From the NCBI GenBank assembly GCA_951812955.1, contig OX638340.1:1312001-1376000 (forward strand): a stretch of 64,000 bases of DNA. Direction: 5' to 3'. Both the position numbers and the translations under genes were made by a program. This document shows, in pieces, positions 18,847 to 29,377 of this stretch (positions within the stretch are counted from its first letter, which is position 1; each line of letters begins with the position of its first letter). The notes beneath the pieces are model-generated. The model did not search any database. It was not told the DNA's origin and saw only the letters and a list, made by a program, of their open reading frames with translations. The stretch comes from an uncultured Gemmatimonadota bacterium. GTDB lineage: Bacteria; JAAXHH01.

Positions 18847-19746
18847 ATGCCGCGCATCGATGCCCATGGTCACGTATTCGCAAAAGTTTCACGCGAATTT
18901 CCGCGGGAAACCGGCGGAAACACGCCGGCGGATCGGGAAGAATCGGTCGAGAAGCTGATGACCTACATGGCCGCAAGCGATATCGGCCAGGCCATGCTCG
19001 TTCAGATGGGTGGCGCGACGGCGGCACATCACGCCTACGTGCTCCACTGCCTCAGGACCTACCCCGACCGCTTCCTCGGCATCGGGCTCATCCCGGAAGA
19101 CCTCGTCGCATCACCAGAGGAGCACATGGACCGCCTGACGGACGGAACGGGCATCGTGGGCTTCCGGCTCGGACTGGTCGGCGGACCCAGGGATCCCTTC
19201 GATGACGTGGACGTACGCACCTTCCTGACCTACCGGATCTGGAAACACGCGGCGGAGAAGGACCTCGTCCTCTGGCTGTACGTACGCGCCGCGGACGCCC
19301 ACCTGATCGCCTATCTCGTCGACGCCTTTCCCCAGGTCCGTGTCGTACTCAACCACCTGGGCATCTGTCCCGGCGAAGGCAAGGGGCGCCACGACCAGTG
19401 GGGCCGGCCGCAGATCGACATTGCGTCATACAACCCGGCGTTTCACACCACCCACCGCCTGAGTACCTACGAGAATGTGACCATGAAACTGTCCGGGCAC
19501 TACGCCTTCAGCAAGAAACCGTACCCCTATGAGGACCTGGCGGGATGGCACAGGGCGGCGCTCAATTCCTTCGGGGCTGACCGGCTCATGTGGGCGACGG
19601 ACTTTCCCTGGATCTACGAGGAACCGGGATACGACAAACTGGTGGACCTCGTGGAAAAACTCACGCCCGATATCATGCCGCACGAATACGAGGCGGTCAT
19701 GGGCGGAACGGCCAGGCGGTTTCTTCGTTTTCCGGACCTGAAATAA
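18847..19746 (+). CDS. amidohydrolase-2 family metal-dependent hydrolase (TIM barrel)
   Basis: N-terminal IDAHGHVF metal-binding motif. 299 aa. Confidence 0.7.
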   Translation: MPRIDAHGHVFAKVSREFPRETGGNTPADREESVEKLMTYMAASDIGQAMLVQMGGATAAHHAYVLHCLRTYPDRFLGIGLIPEDLVASPEEHMDRLTDGTGIVGFRLGLVGGPRDPFDDVDVRTFLTYRIWKHAAEKDLVLWLYVRAADAHLIAYLVDAFPQVRVVLNHLGICPGEGKGRHDQWGRPQIDIASYNPAFHTTHRLSTYENVTMKLSGHYAFSKKPYPYEDLAGWHRAALNSFGADRLMWATDFPWIYEEPGYDKLVDLVEKLTPDIMPHEYEAVMGGTARRFLRFPDLK

Positions 19747-19816
19747 TGCATCCCGCATCTGAATGAAGTGATGCATTTCGCATCCGTAAGAGTCTACGCC
19801 CCGATCGGAGACAGAT

Positions 19817-20902
19817 ATGAGCGAAGACCAGCATGGTTTACTGACCAGCGAGCACATCCAGGGCCTGGTTCAACGGATGGGAGAAGCCGCCGTCGATTTT
19901 ACGGCCGTCCTGGCCACGGACCAGCGGACGAAAGCGCTCTTCCCCTTCGAAGACGACGACGCACGCACCTTCTGGGACTACGTGCCCCTGGCGAGAAAAG
20001 GCCTTCCGCTTGGGGAAATGGAACGGGGACAACGGCGCCGGGCACTGCAACTCGTGGCCACGGGGCTGAGTGGTACGGGTTATGCCACTACGACGACCAT
20101 CATGGGCCTGGAAGCGACGCTGGATGCCCGGGAGGGGTGGTCATCGGGCAACTGGCGGGATCCTTCCGACTACTACGTGTCCATATTCGGCACGCCATCG
20201 GACCGTGACCCCTGGGGATGGAAATTCGAGGGACACCACGTTTCCATCAACTATACGATCGCCGGGGGACGGATCGTCGCGCCTACGCCCTTCTTCTTCG
20301 GGGCAAATCCTGCGTCGGCGGCCCTCAACGGGGTAGGATACCTCCGGCCCCTGGGCAACGTGGAAGACCTGGCGCGGGAACTGGTACGCGCCTTGGACGA
20401 GGACCAACGGCACAACGCGCTGATCGCGTCCGTTCCGCCCGGGGACATCGTCACGGTGAATCAGAGGTATATACAGGAGAACAGGGAGAAGCCGGACCGG
20501 CTGGCCCGAACGGAGGTGCCTTACGATTCGGTGCGGTACACGGAGACGCCCCGTGGCCTTTCCGGGGCGGGCATGAATGACGGACAGCGGGAGATACTGG
20601 AGGCCCTCATAGGCGAGTACATTCACCGCATGCCCGACGCCGTTGCCGAGATCGAGTCCGATCTGCTGCGTAGAAACGGCGTGGGCGACGTCCACCTGGC
20701 ATGGGCAGGCGGCCTGGAATCCCGGCAACCCCATTACTACCGCCTGCAGGGCGGACGATTCCTGGTGGAATACGACAACGTCCAGAACGACGCCAACCAC
20801 GTGCACACGGTCTGGCGCAACCCGACGAACGACTTCGGCGCGGATCTGCTCACCCACCATTACCACACCGCGCACAACCACGGCGTGGAACACCGGCACT
20901 GA
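19817..20902 (+). CDS. hypothetical protein (possibly DUF3500 family)
   Basis: Clean 361-aa ORF with a GGAGA RBS. The family assignment is from memory only. Confidence 0.45.
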   Translation: MSEDQHGLLTSEHIQGLVQRMGEAAVDFTAVLATDQRTKALFPFEDDDARTFWDYVPLARKGLPLGEMERGQRRRALQLVATGLSGTGYATTTTIMGLEATLDAREGWSSGNWRDPSDYYVSIFGTPSDRDPWGWKFEGHHVSINYTIAGGRIVAPTPFFFGANPASAALNGVGYLRPLGNVEDLARELVRALDEDQRHNALIASVPPGDIVTVNQRYIQENREKPDRLARTEVPYDSVRYTETPRGLSGAGMNDGQREILEALIGEYIHRMPDAVAEIESDLLRRNGVGDVHLAWAGGLESRQPHYYRLQGGRFLVEYDNVQNDANHVHTVWRNPTNDFGADLLTHHYHTAHNHGVEHRH

Positions 20903-21011
20903 GCGGCCGGCCGCGGCCGGGATGGTATGCTCAGAGATAGGGCGTGCTGCGATCCGGACCGTTAGCGCCGCGCTTCGGAACGACGGCGCCGCGCTTCGGA
21001 ACGACTATGAA

Positions 21012-21959
21012 TCAGTAACCCTTGCGTTTGTCGATGACGCTCACCAGCGGAAGCCCATCCCGGTAACGCCGCAGATTCTCGCAGAACAGGGCCACGCACC
21101 GTCCGTCCCGATTGGGAGATCCTCCGGCCGTATGGGGCGTGATTACCACGTTGTCCATCTTCCACAGCGGGTGGTCTTCGGGTAAAGGTTCCTGTGGTAC
21201 CACGTCCAGACCTGCGCCGCCGATCTGGTTCCCTTCGAGCGCATCCAGCAGAGCCGCCTCGTCGACTATCCTGCCCCTGGTGACGTTGATCAACAACGCG
21301 TGATGCCGCATGCGGGCGAAGGCCGTCCGATCGAACAGCCCCTCGGTTTCCGCCGTCAACGGCGCGCAGATGGCCACGACATCGGACTGTTCCAGGAGCG
21401 CGTGGAACCGATCCATGCCCCAGCAGGCTTCAACTTCGGACGGCACTTCGACGTCCTCCGGATCCACGGCGACGACCCGCATGCCGAAAGCTGCCGCCCG
21501 CCTTGCCAGTTCGCGTCCGGTGCCGCCCAGCCCCACGATCCCCATCGTCCGGTCGACCAGCTCCCACGAGGCATCGCGAATGGGCCAACGGATATTATCC
21601 CAGCCCTGGTTTCGAAGCGCGGTGTGTATACCGCGGGTTAATGCAAGCAACAGCGCCATCCCGTGGTCGGCCAGATGTACACCCACCGTGCCCTTCGCAC
21701 TACACAGTACTACGTCGCTCTCCACCAGTTCGGGATAGAGCAGTCCGTCCACCCCGGCACCCCAGCTCTGGATCCACGCGAGCTTATCCCGACGCGCGAA
21801 AAGGGCACGCGTAATCTCGCCGCAGACTACTTCGATGCCGGGCATGACTTCCGCGGCTTCTTCTTCCGAATCCGTGCGTACCACCTGTACATTCTCGTCA
21901 ACCCGGCGGATTTCATCGACGAGGGGTTCGATCAGATTCATCCTGAGCAAAACGTTCAT
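21012..21959 (-). CDS. D-isomer-specific 2-hydroxyacid dehydrogenase (NAD-binding)
   Basis: GIVGLGGTGRELARR Rossmann motif. Catalytic …ITPHTAG… region. Confidence 0.85.
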   Translation of the reverse strand: MNVLLRMNLIEPLVDEIRRVDENVQVVRTDSEEEAAEVMPGIEVVCGEITRALFARRDKLAWIQSWGAGVDGLLYPELVESDVVLCSAKGTVGVHLADHGMALLLALTRGIHTALRNQGWDNIRWPIRDASWELVDRTMGIVGLGGTGRELARRAAAFGMRVVAVDPEDVEVPSEVEACWGMDRFHALLEQSDVVAICAPLTAETEGLFDRTAFARMRHHALLINVTRGRIVDEAALLDALEGNQIGGAGLDVVPQEPLPEDHPLWKMDNVVITPHTAGGSPNRDGRCVALFCENLRRYRDGLPLVSVIDKRKGY

Positions 21960-22005
21960 CGTTGTACCTCGAGGTAGACGGACCTAAGGCGCGTTTCTTG
22001 AGGTC

Positions 22006-23124
22006 TCAGGTGCGTTTCTTGAGATAAGCAGCGCCGAGCCGGGCGATTTCTAAGGCGGTTTTTCCGCTTTTGTTCAGCACGGTCCCGTCCGCGCCCTCGG
22101 CGAGCAGGACCTCCGCGGCTTTGGCATGCCCTTCGTACGTGGCCCTGTGTAGGGGTGTGCGGCCCTTTCGATCCTGGGCATCCAGGTCCGCTCCGGCCTG
22201 TGTGAGTAGTTTCACGGAATCCGACCGGCCACTTTCCGCCGCCAGGTGCAAGGGCGTTCGGTGCGCCTTGTTCCGGGCGTCCACCTCGGCGCCATGGTCC
22301 AGCAGCAGCTTAGCGCACTCAACTGAACCTGCCCGGCACGCCCAGTGCAGCGGGGTCATCCCGTAAACGCCAATTTCCCTGGCCATCGCCGGATTTGTGG
22401 ACAAAAGTTCCAGGACCCGGGTTACGTCATTCAGTCCCGCCGCCGCATAGGCGTCGTATACCGCGCCGTCCTCGATCAACAAGCGGGCGACTTCCCGCTT
22501 ACCTTCGTTCCGGCGTGCGTCGTCTCCACCCCACCTGCCAGGCGCCACAGCCTCGTGCAGGGCCGTCTCACCTCGCTCCCCGTTGCCCGTGATAGGCAGT
22601 TCGTGATGCACGGAGGCACCATTGTCGATCAGGAGTCCGGCGACTTCAGGAAACCCGCCCCAGGCGGCCCAGTACATGAGGGAAAGGTTCGCGGGCCAGC
22701 CCGTGTGGGGCTTTGCGATGGACACCGGGGTGGCGTCCGCCGCACCCGCGGCGAAAACGGCTTCAAGGGTGTCCACTGAACCCGCCCAGGCCGCTTCGTG
22801 CAGGACGTTGTAGGAGGTCGTGTCGATGCTTAAAACAATTCCGCGATCGAGGAGAAACGATACCGCCTCTCCACAGCCGCGCATGCCAACGGCTACGGTA
22901 AGCAGGCTGGAACCGATGCGATCGAGAACGGCCGGATGTTTCGCGTGGATTTCCGCCATCATCGGCAGGTCCGGCTGTCCATCCCAACGATCCGATGCCT
23001 GACCGATAGCCGCTTCGATGAAGCGCCCTTCCGCTTGCGTGACGTCCGGCAACTGTTCTTCACGAAGAAACCAGTTTTGTCGGAACAACCGGATTGCGGG
23101 ACTGTCGAGCACCGCGCCTCCCAT
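22006..23124 (-). CDS. ankyrin-repeat protein
   Basis: Multiple …G.TPLH.A…G…LL..GA… repeat units. Confidence 0.8.
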   Translation of the reverse strand: MGGAVLDSPAIRLFRQNWFLREEQLPDVTQAEGRFIEAAIGQASDRWDGQPDLPMMAEIHAKHPAVLDRIGSSLLTVAVGMRGCGEAVSFLLDRGIVLSIDTTSYNVLHEAAWAGSVDTLEAVFAAGAADATPVSIAKPHTGWPANLSLMYWAAWGGFPEVAGLLIDNGASVHHELPITGNGERGETALHEAVAPGRWGGDDARRNEGKREVARLLIEDGAVYDAYAAAGLNDVTRVLELLSTNPAMAREIGVYGMTPLHWACRAGSVECAKLLLDHGAEVDARNKAHRTPLHLAAESGRSDSVKLLTQAGADLDAQDRKGRTPLHRATYEGHAKAAEVLLAEGADGTVLNKSGKTALEIARLGAAYLKKRT

Positions 23125-23141
23125 TGGCTCGAGACCAGGCG

Positions 23142-23777
23142 CTATTCGAGCAGATCGGCGCCGCCGTCATCCATTTTCTCGGGCTGGCGCCAGTACCGGT
23201 ACTGCGGGGTCCATTCCGCTTCGCCCAGGCCCGCGAGCCCCAGCAGGTTCCAGTGCGAGCAGTACAGGTCGCCGGGACCGAATACGCAGCTGTTCTTCCG
23301 GAGTACCTGGTCGTCCTTACGTTCGTAGACCACGGCGCCGGGCATGTTCTCCACGCCTTCCATCACCGTCTGCTCCACGATGTAGTCGCCGCCTTCGTGG
23401 GAAGCGAGGCGAAAGCGCCAGTTTCTCGAATTTGCGAAATCACGCTGCAAGGCTGGGGGATCGCCGGAAAGGAGCACGACGGACATGGCGTCCTCGAGAT
23501 GGGCAAGCATGCCGTTGAATCCGTCCGCCCAGAGCGTACAGTATCGGCAGCCCTGTCCCATGTTGTGGATGGCCAGCAGGCGATCGCGGCCGGCGAACAG
23601 GTCGAGCAGGGAGACTTCCCCGGTCAGGGTGGCGAACCGGTAATCGGGAACCGGCCGCGGATCGTTGTCTCGCCGCAACGCATTCAACTTCGCGGTGAGC
23701 TCGTATATCTGCCGTTCGAGGGCGACGATGTCCTGGTCAGCCTGGTCAGCCTGGTCAGCCTGGTCAGACATGCTCAT
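23142..23777 (-). CDS. DUF899 thioredoxin-like family protein
   Basis: …YRFATLTGEVSLLDLFAGRDRLLAIHNMGQGCRYC… matches the DUF899 core. The N-terminus carries a (DQA)n repeat encoded by a 9-bp tandem repeat. Confidence 0.65.
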   Translation of the reverse strand: MSMSDQADQADQADQDIVALERQIYELTAKLNALRRDNDPRPVPDYRFATLTGEVSLLDLFAGRDRLLAIHNMGQGCRYCTLWADGFNGMLAHLEDAMSVVLLSGDPPALQRDFANSRNWRFRLASHEGGDYIVEQTVMEGVENMPGAVVYERKDDQVLRKNSCVFGPGDLYCSHWNLLGLAGLGEAEWTPQYRYWRQPEKMDDGGADLLE

Positions 23778-23831
23778 GCCTTTCGCGAGTCGGAGGGCGT
23801 CTCGATTGCCATCCGGAGTGGTTTACTGTCG

Positions 23832-24872
23832 TCAGAACCGGTCGATGACCGTCACGCCCGTCTGGCTGAAACGGCCCATGGCTTCCAGCTCCGCGCCGGC
23901 TTCTTCGAGGGCGACCGTCCTGCCGACCAGTTTTCCGGGCCGAAGCACGCCGGAGGTGATCATGCGTAGCAGGTCGGCGTACCGGTGGGCCGGCATACCG
24001 TGGCTGCCCACGATTTCGAGTTCTTTCGCGATTACGGCGTTCATCGGGATCGAGACGTCGGCCTCGTCCGCCAGAGTAAGGCCGATCTGCACGTGACGGC
24101 CGCGTTTCCGAAGGCACCGGATGGAGTTTCGGCTGGTAACCTGGCTGCCAAGGGCATCGATCGAGACCAGGGCGCCGCCGCCCGTCATTTCCCGAATCTC
24201 CCTGACTACATCCGGATTCGTCCTGGCATTAACCGTCATGCGTGCGCCGAAATCGCTGGCCAGTTGCAGACGGTCGTCATCGATGTCCACGGCAATCACC
24301 GTGGCCCCCAGGGCCGCCGCGATCATCGTCGCCGACAGGCCCACGCCACCGCATCCGTGGATGGCCACGCAGTCGCCTCCGGTCACCCGGCCCTGGTCCA
24401 CCACGCCGCGGAAAGCCGTCATGAACCGGCATCCCAGGCTCGCCGCTTCTACGAAGTCCAGCTCATCCGGCAAACCCACTAGATTCACGTCGGCGTACGG
24501 CATGGCCACATATTGGGCGAAAGCTCCCCATCCGGAGAATCCAGGCTGGTATTCATCATCACAGATGTGGTGATTGCCGGCCAGGCACTGCGTACAGACG
24601 CCGCATCCGCTACTAAAGGGGACGGTCACCCGGTCCCCGATCTGCCAGTTCCGAACCAGGCCGCCCTTTTCGACAACAACGCCGGCGAATTCGTGGCCCG
24701 GCACGTGGGGCAGCTGGATCGACGTGTCGTGTCCCATCCATCCGTGCCAGTCGCTTCGGCAGATCCCGTTGGCCCGCACCTCGATCACGACACCGTCCGC
24801 CGACGGTACGGGATCGGAGACTTCCCGCACCTCGAGCGACTTTCCGAAGGCGTCCATTACGGCGGCTTTCAT
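23832..24872 (-). CDS. zinc-dependent alcohol dehydrogenase (MDR family)
   Basis: MKAAVM start. …GICRSDWHGWMGH… zinc site. GxGxxG in the middle. Confidence 0.85.
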   Translation of the reverse strand: MKAAVMDAFGKSLEVREVSDPVPSADGVVIEVRANGICRSDWHGWMGHDTSIQLPHVPGHEFAGVVVEKGGLVRNWQIGDRVTVPFSSGCGVCTQCLAGNHHICDDEYQPGFSGWGAFAQYVAMPYADVNLVGLPDELDFVEAASLGCRFMTAFRGVVDQGRVTGGDCVAIHGCGGVGLSATMIAAALGATVIAVDIDDDRLQLASDFGARMTVNARTNPDVVREIREMTGGGALVSIDALGSQVTSRNSIRCLRKRGRHVQIGLTLADEADVSIPMNAVIAKELEIVGSHGMPAHRYADLLRMITSGVLRPGKLVGRTVALEEAGAELEAMGRFSQTGVTVIDRF

Positions 24873-24977
24873 CAGGCTATCCAAAGGTTTGGCGGGAGCT
24901 TCGGTGACCACGGGGCTACCGGACACGCCCGCCTCGTGATCCGGGGATTGGCCATGAAACCTGAATGACAGGGGATC

Positions 24978-25796
24978 CTAGAGGCGCCAGACCACCAGGA
25001 ACTGAACGGTGTTCTCGTCCTCGTCCGTGCCGATTTTGTTTCTCCAGTACTGGTATTCCAGTCCAACCATTAGCTGGTTGGGCTCGTTGGCCACGGCCCG
25101 GCCGAGATCCCAGACGAACTGAGGCTGTGCAAGGATCGATCCGTCGTACCGGCCCCCGAGTTCATTGGACCTGCTCCCGATATACTCCGCATGACCCATG
25201 ATCGCGAAGGATTGACTACCCATTTCGAAAGGCGCGGCCCAGTTTACGTCGAACATGAAGCTGTGGCCTTCCTTCGGCGCGCCGCCCTTATCCACGCCGA
25301 AGCTCCGGTCGATATAGGCGGTGAGGTCGGTGTTCAGGAACAGGAATCCCGGGATATCCCAGGATGCCCTGAATCCGGGCAGAAACTTGAGCATCTTCGC
25401 GTCACCGCCAACATTGACTCCAGCTATGATCGCCAGATCGGAAATGAGCCCCAGGCTGGCGCCGGACTGTTGCAGTTTGCCGATACTGAGCGTCGGATAC
25501 CACTCTCCGTAGAAATCGCGGTCGTTGAATCCGTCTCTCTCCTGGTCGACGGTGTAATTGATAAAGTAGAAACTGTCTCCAAGCTTCCAACGGGACGCCT
25601 GCAGCACGGCGAGCACCAGGGACGTCACGTTTTTTTGCGCGAATGGGTTTCTGAGTTTTCCGACCTTCAGTTGGAAATCAGTCTGGGCGGAGGCCGTTGA
25701 GGTTACGGCCGTTATCATCAGGGTCAATACCGCGATTCGCCGGACGAGCCGAACGAGCAGGACGAGCCGGACGTTGCATAGGGCTGAAAACTTCAT
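24978..25796 (-). CDS. hypothetical secreted/outer-membrane protein
   Basis: N-terminal hydrophobic signal-like segment. Beta-rich sequence ending in an aromatic residue. Confidence 0.4.
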   Translation of the reverse strand: MKFSALCNVRLVLLVRLVRRIAVLTLMITAVTSTASAQTDFQLKVGKLRNPFAQKNVTSLVLAVLQASRWKLGDSFYFINYTVDQERDGFNDRDFYGEWYPTLSIGKLQQSGASLGLISDLAIIAGVNVGGDAKMLKFLPGFRASWDIPGFLFLNTDLTAYIDRSFGVDKGGAPKEGHSFMFDVNWAAPFEMGSQSFAIMGHAEYIGSRSNELGGRYDGSILAQPQFVWDLGRAVANEPNQLMVGLEYQYWRNKIGTDEDENTVQFLVVWRL

Positions 25797-25872
25797 TTCC
25801 ATGACCTTGTCCCGGAGAGAGTCCGCCCCCCGTACCATTCGTGTGTTGCCGCGCAAAAAGGACCGAGCTTAC

Positions 25873-26748
25873 TCATTCTCCCCAGCGGTCGGGGTTTATC
25901 CCAGGCGCTTCGCTCTTCATCCCCTTCGGCTTGTGCGGTTGCTGCCATTCCAGGCCCGTGGTGTTCAGGCTCTGCAGGAAGGGTCTGGCCTGCGCCGGCG
26001 CGGAGGCCACGTCCCGGGGGTCCCACTCCTCCATGGGCTGTACGGGTCCCGACCAGGCCGGCCGGTAACCGAACTGGATTAGCTCCCGGGGTACCGTATC
26101 GCGGTTGGGATGGGTACCGTGGAAAACGTCCTTGGGAATCACCAGGGCCGATCCGGCTTTCGCGCACAGGGTCACCTCCTGGGGATGGGACTTGTAGCGT
26201 ACGTAGGGGTTGCCATGGGCGTGGAAGGACAGGTGCGATCGCGGTAAGACACGGAACGGCGCCCTTTCCGGCGGCAGATCGTCCAGATAGTACAGCACGC
26301 GCACCAGCCGCGGTGAACTGCCCTCGTAACTGAAAATGGAGGAGCCGTACGGCTGGCCGTCCGTATGCATGGAAATGGGCGGCGACCCCGAGAGGGTCCG
26401 CGTGAAGAGGCCTCGCGTAAACACGATGTCGGGGCCCATCAGCGCCTCGAGAAACTCGACCATGGGCGGATGGCCGATCAATGCGCACGTGGCCGGACTT
26501 TGCCACTGGGCTTCGAGACAATAGGTCTGGCAGTCGCTGTAGTCCTTGCACTCCATGGGCACATCGGACAGTTCGGCTTTAAGATTAGCGATGTGATCGG
26601 CGTCGAGCATTTCAGGGAGCAGCACATAGCCCTCGACTTCCAGGTGATGGATGCGCTGGGCGGTGGTCAAGGACCCGAAATCCGTCTCGTCGACGTGCAT
26701 GAACCCGATCTCTTCACTCGGATCGATTTTAACCGTGGCGCTTTCCAT
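25873..26748 (-). CDS. phytanoyl-CoA dioxygenase (PhyH) family oxygenase
   Basis: …HTDGQ… and …VFHGTHPN… motifs. The start is taken at MESATVK. Confidence 0.7.
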   Translation of the reverse strand: MESATVKIDPSEEIGFMHVDETDFGSLTTAQRIHHLEVEGYVLLPEMLDADHIANLKAELSDVPMECKDYSDCQTYCLEAQWQSPATCALIGHPPMVEFLEALMGPDIVFTRGLFTRTLSGSPPISMHTDGQPYGSSIFSYEGSSPRLVRVLYYLDDLPPERAPFRVLPRSHLSFHAHGNPYVRYKSHPQEVTLCAKAGSALVIPKDVFHGTHPNRDTVPRELIQFGYRPAWSGPVQPMEEWDPRDVASAPAQARPFLQSLNTTGLEWQQPHKPKGMKSEAPGINPDRWGE

Positions 26749-26909
26749 GATGTGCTCCTTGACAGACGGCCATTGCTTATCCCGGTGTCTGAGAAAACTA
26801 AATGTAACACCAGGGTGTTTCAAGTGTTTTCCGCGTGTATTCCGCTAGTGGGGTTACGCCCCGCTCATGATTTGCCCGGATGCCGATTCGGCGCGCGAAC
26901 GTCCCTGAT

Positions 26910-28031
26910 TCACGCCGGCAGGGCGAAATGCCGGCGCACGAAATCCCAGGCCGGTGTCTTGTAATACCGGTGCCCGCCTTCACCAACGGCCAACTCGCAT
27001 TTTTCAGCGGCGCCGGCGACCGCGTAGACGGCCTTGAGCCGGTCGAATGCGGCATGGACCTCGTCGATGGGGAAGATGCGGTCGTACCGTCCCGCGATGG
27101 CGCAGAAGGGGCGGGGGGCGATCAAGCCGGCCACGTCGTACATTTCACCCATGCGCAGCATGCCGGGCACGTAGTTGCATTCGCAGTGGTGGATCGTCCC
27201 GATGCTTCCCACGAAGCTACAGAAATAACACCCGGGCATGGAAAGGGCGATCCGGGTATCGCAGGCCGAGGCGAATAGCGATATCGTACCGCCACCCGAG
27301 TTGCCCGTGATGGCTATACGATCAGCATCTATCGGCAGATGCGCTATCGCCCAGTCGATCAGGCGGGACGTGTCCCAAACGCGTTCGCCGATGGGCGTTC
27401 TCCCAAGCAGCAGATCGTGGACGAGCTGGTCGCGGCAGGAGTGCATTTTGTCGGCCTGGATGTCGTCCGCGGTGCGCGTTTCCCCGAAGGCCCGCGCGGT
27501 CGGCGCGATGACGATGTATCCTTCCTCCGCGGCCGCCTGCCGGGCAATATCGCGCTCACCCTCCATCATGTGCGCCTCTTCCGCTTCGTCCCGTGCAATA
27601 CCCACGTATATGCGCGGATGGTTGTGGCCGTGGGGCACGAGGACCAGTGGAAGCTTCCGGTCGCGGTCCGTCCCGTCCTCGCGTTCGTCCCTGTGCTTCA
27701 CGCCCTTCGGCAACAAGAGATAAAATGGCAATGGCACCGTCGGTTCGACCCAGAGATACCAGCGTTCCCTGACGTGACTGCCCAGATCGGTGGATTCGAG
27801 CCGCTCCGCCTTCGGCACGTAACCCGCCAGATCCGAAGCCATGTGGTCCAGGCCGAGGGCAACCCGCAGTTTCGGACGGAATGCGGCCTGCCAGGCCGAC
27901 AGTTCCTCCGGATCCGTCGCCCTGAAGGCATACTCTTTTGGAACGTTCTGGTACAGGATATTCAGGTGTTCTTCATTGTTATATGGCTTGAATGATCCGG
28001 CAGCATGCCTTTTAATCCGGGATTCCATCAT
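26910..28031 (-). CDS. alpha/beta hydrolase (acetyl xylan esterase/dienelactone hydrolase-like)
   Basis: GNSGGG nucleophile elbow (G-x-S-x-G). Confidence 0.65.
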   Translation of the reverse strand: MMESRIKRHAAGSFKPYNNEEHLNILYQNVPKEYAFRATDPEELSAWQAAFRPKLRVALGLDHMASDLAGYVPKAERLESTDLGSHVRERWYLWVEPTVPLPFYLLLPKGVKHRDEREDGTDRDRKLPLVLVPHGHNHPRIYVGIARDEAEEAHMMEGERDIARQAAAEEGYIVIAPTARAFGETRTADDIQADKMHSCRDQLVHDLLLGRTPIGERVWDTSRLIDWAIAHLPIDADRIAITGNSGGGTISLFASACDTRIALSMPGCYFCSFVGSIGTIHHCECNYVPGMLRMGEMYDVAGLIAPRPFCAIAGRYDRIFPIDEVHAAFDRLKAVYAVAGAAEKCELAVGEGGHRYYKTPAWDFVRRHFALPA

Positions 28032-28146
28032 GAACTCCGTGTTGCATTGCGATGATCAGGTTTGACTGCGCGCATGGCACGCACCCGCCCGAATGCCTGT
28101 TTGTCAGACGAAAAGGATGATGTTCAGTCCCAAGGCGAACATAGTG

Positions 28147-29370
28147 CTAATGCGGAGCAACCTGCGACGTTCCGGTACGCAATCCGATTTCCCCCGGCGG
28201 ATCGCCGAGATCCGGTACCGGGAGCAGGACTCCTCCGCGGAGCGAGGATTCATGGGCTGCGAGCCCGGGAAGCATGTACCTGGCGGCGTCCCAGGCGTTG
28301 TTCGGAGGTAGCGTACCGTTGACGCAGGACATCACGAAATCGTCGACCAGGAACTGGTGGCTGCCCGCATGGCCGTTGGGCAGTCCGGCGAAAGCTTCCG
28401 GCAGCCGTTCCACGGGATGCACCTTGGAGACGCCCAGATGGGTGCCGTCGGAAGCGGTCACCTTGCGCATCGGATCGCTTCCCGGCACGGGCTGGCCGGA
28501 GCAGGCGAGCAAGTTGCCGAGGTGCTCCATGCGCTCCCCGTCCTTGCAGAGCCAGGCCGCGCCCGCGGCGGACTGTTCGAAGCCGCCTTCGGTGCCCTGC
28601 AGGCCCATGCGCACGCAGCCGGGATGACCCACGCGCCGGAATTCGTTGATGCGGCAGACACTCCCATCGGACATGCCGAACAGCGCACTCTGGTTGCTGA
28701 AGGGATTGCTCCAGTCGTTGGCCCCGTAAATCCCGTCCTCGCCTTTGTCTTCAAATCCCTGGCAGGACACCTGGGTCATGCGGGCGCCGGTGACGGATAC
28801 GATCTGGCTCGTGGAATGCGTCGGGTAGTACATGGGCGGTATGCCGGCTGTCTCCCGCCAGTGCTTGCCGCCCCGCCAGCGCGCCACTTCGTAAAGGCCG
28901 TGGTCCCAGTCATGGTAATATTCCGCCTGGCCGTAGACGATGCGGCCGAAGGCGCCCCGCGCGTACTGCTCCCGGCAATACAGTACGCCTGGATAATAGT
29001 AGCTGGTCTCACCGAGCATGTAGACGGCGCCCGAGGCCCCGGCAGCGGCCACCAGTTTTTCGATCTCGGCCACGCTGATCCCCGGTGGCACGGCCGAGTA
29101 CACGTGTTTCCCGGCCTCCAAAGCCTGGACGGCCTGCGGCCCGTGAAGCCAGTTCTGGGTAAACAGGCACACGGCGTCCACGCCGGTTTCACAGAGGGCC
29201 TCGAGGGAGGGGCAGGTGTCCCCGATCTGGAATCGGGCGGCCGAACGAGCCAGTTTTTCATCGTCCAGGTCGCACAATACCACCCGATCGACCTGCGGAT
29301 GCGCCTTGAACAAGGGGATGAAAGCCTGCGCGAACGCGCCGGTGCCAACGATACCGACCTGGAGTTCCAT
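28147..29370 (-). CDS. Gfo/Idh/MocA family oxidoreductase
   Basis: Start MELQVGIVGTGAFAQ (Rossmann) with a GAGGTG RBS. The 30 codons upstream in the ORF track are judged spurious. Confidence 0.75.
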   Translation of the reverse strand: MELQVGIVGTGAFAQAFIPLFKAHPQVDRVVLCDLDDEKLARSAARFQIGDTCPSLEALCETGVDAVCLFTQNWLHGPQAVQALEAGKHVYSAVPPGISVAEIEKLVAAAGASGAVYMLGETSYYYPGVLYCREQYARGAFGRIVYGQAEYYHDWDHGLYEVARWRGGKHWRETAGIPPMYYPTHSTSQIVSVTGARMTQVSCQGFEDKGEDGIYGANDWSNPFSNQSALFGMSDGSVCRINEFRRVGHPGCVRMGLQGTEGGFEQSAAGAAWLCKDGERMEHLGNLLACSGQPVPGSDPMRKVTASDGTHLGVSKVHPVERLPEAFAGLPNGHAGSHQFLVDDFVMSCVNGTLPPNNAWDAARYMLPGLAAHESSLRGGVLLPVPDLGDPPGEIGLRTGTSQVAPH

Positions 29371-29377
29371 GTTCACC

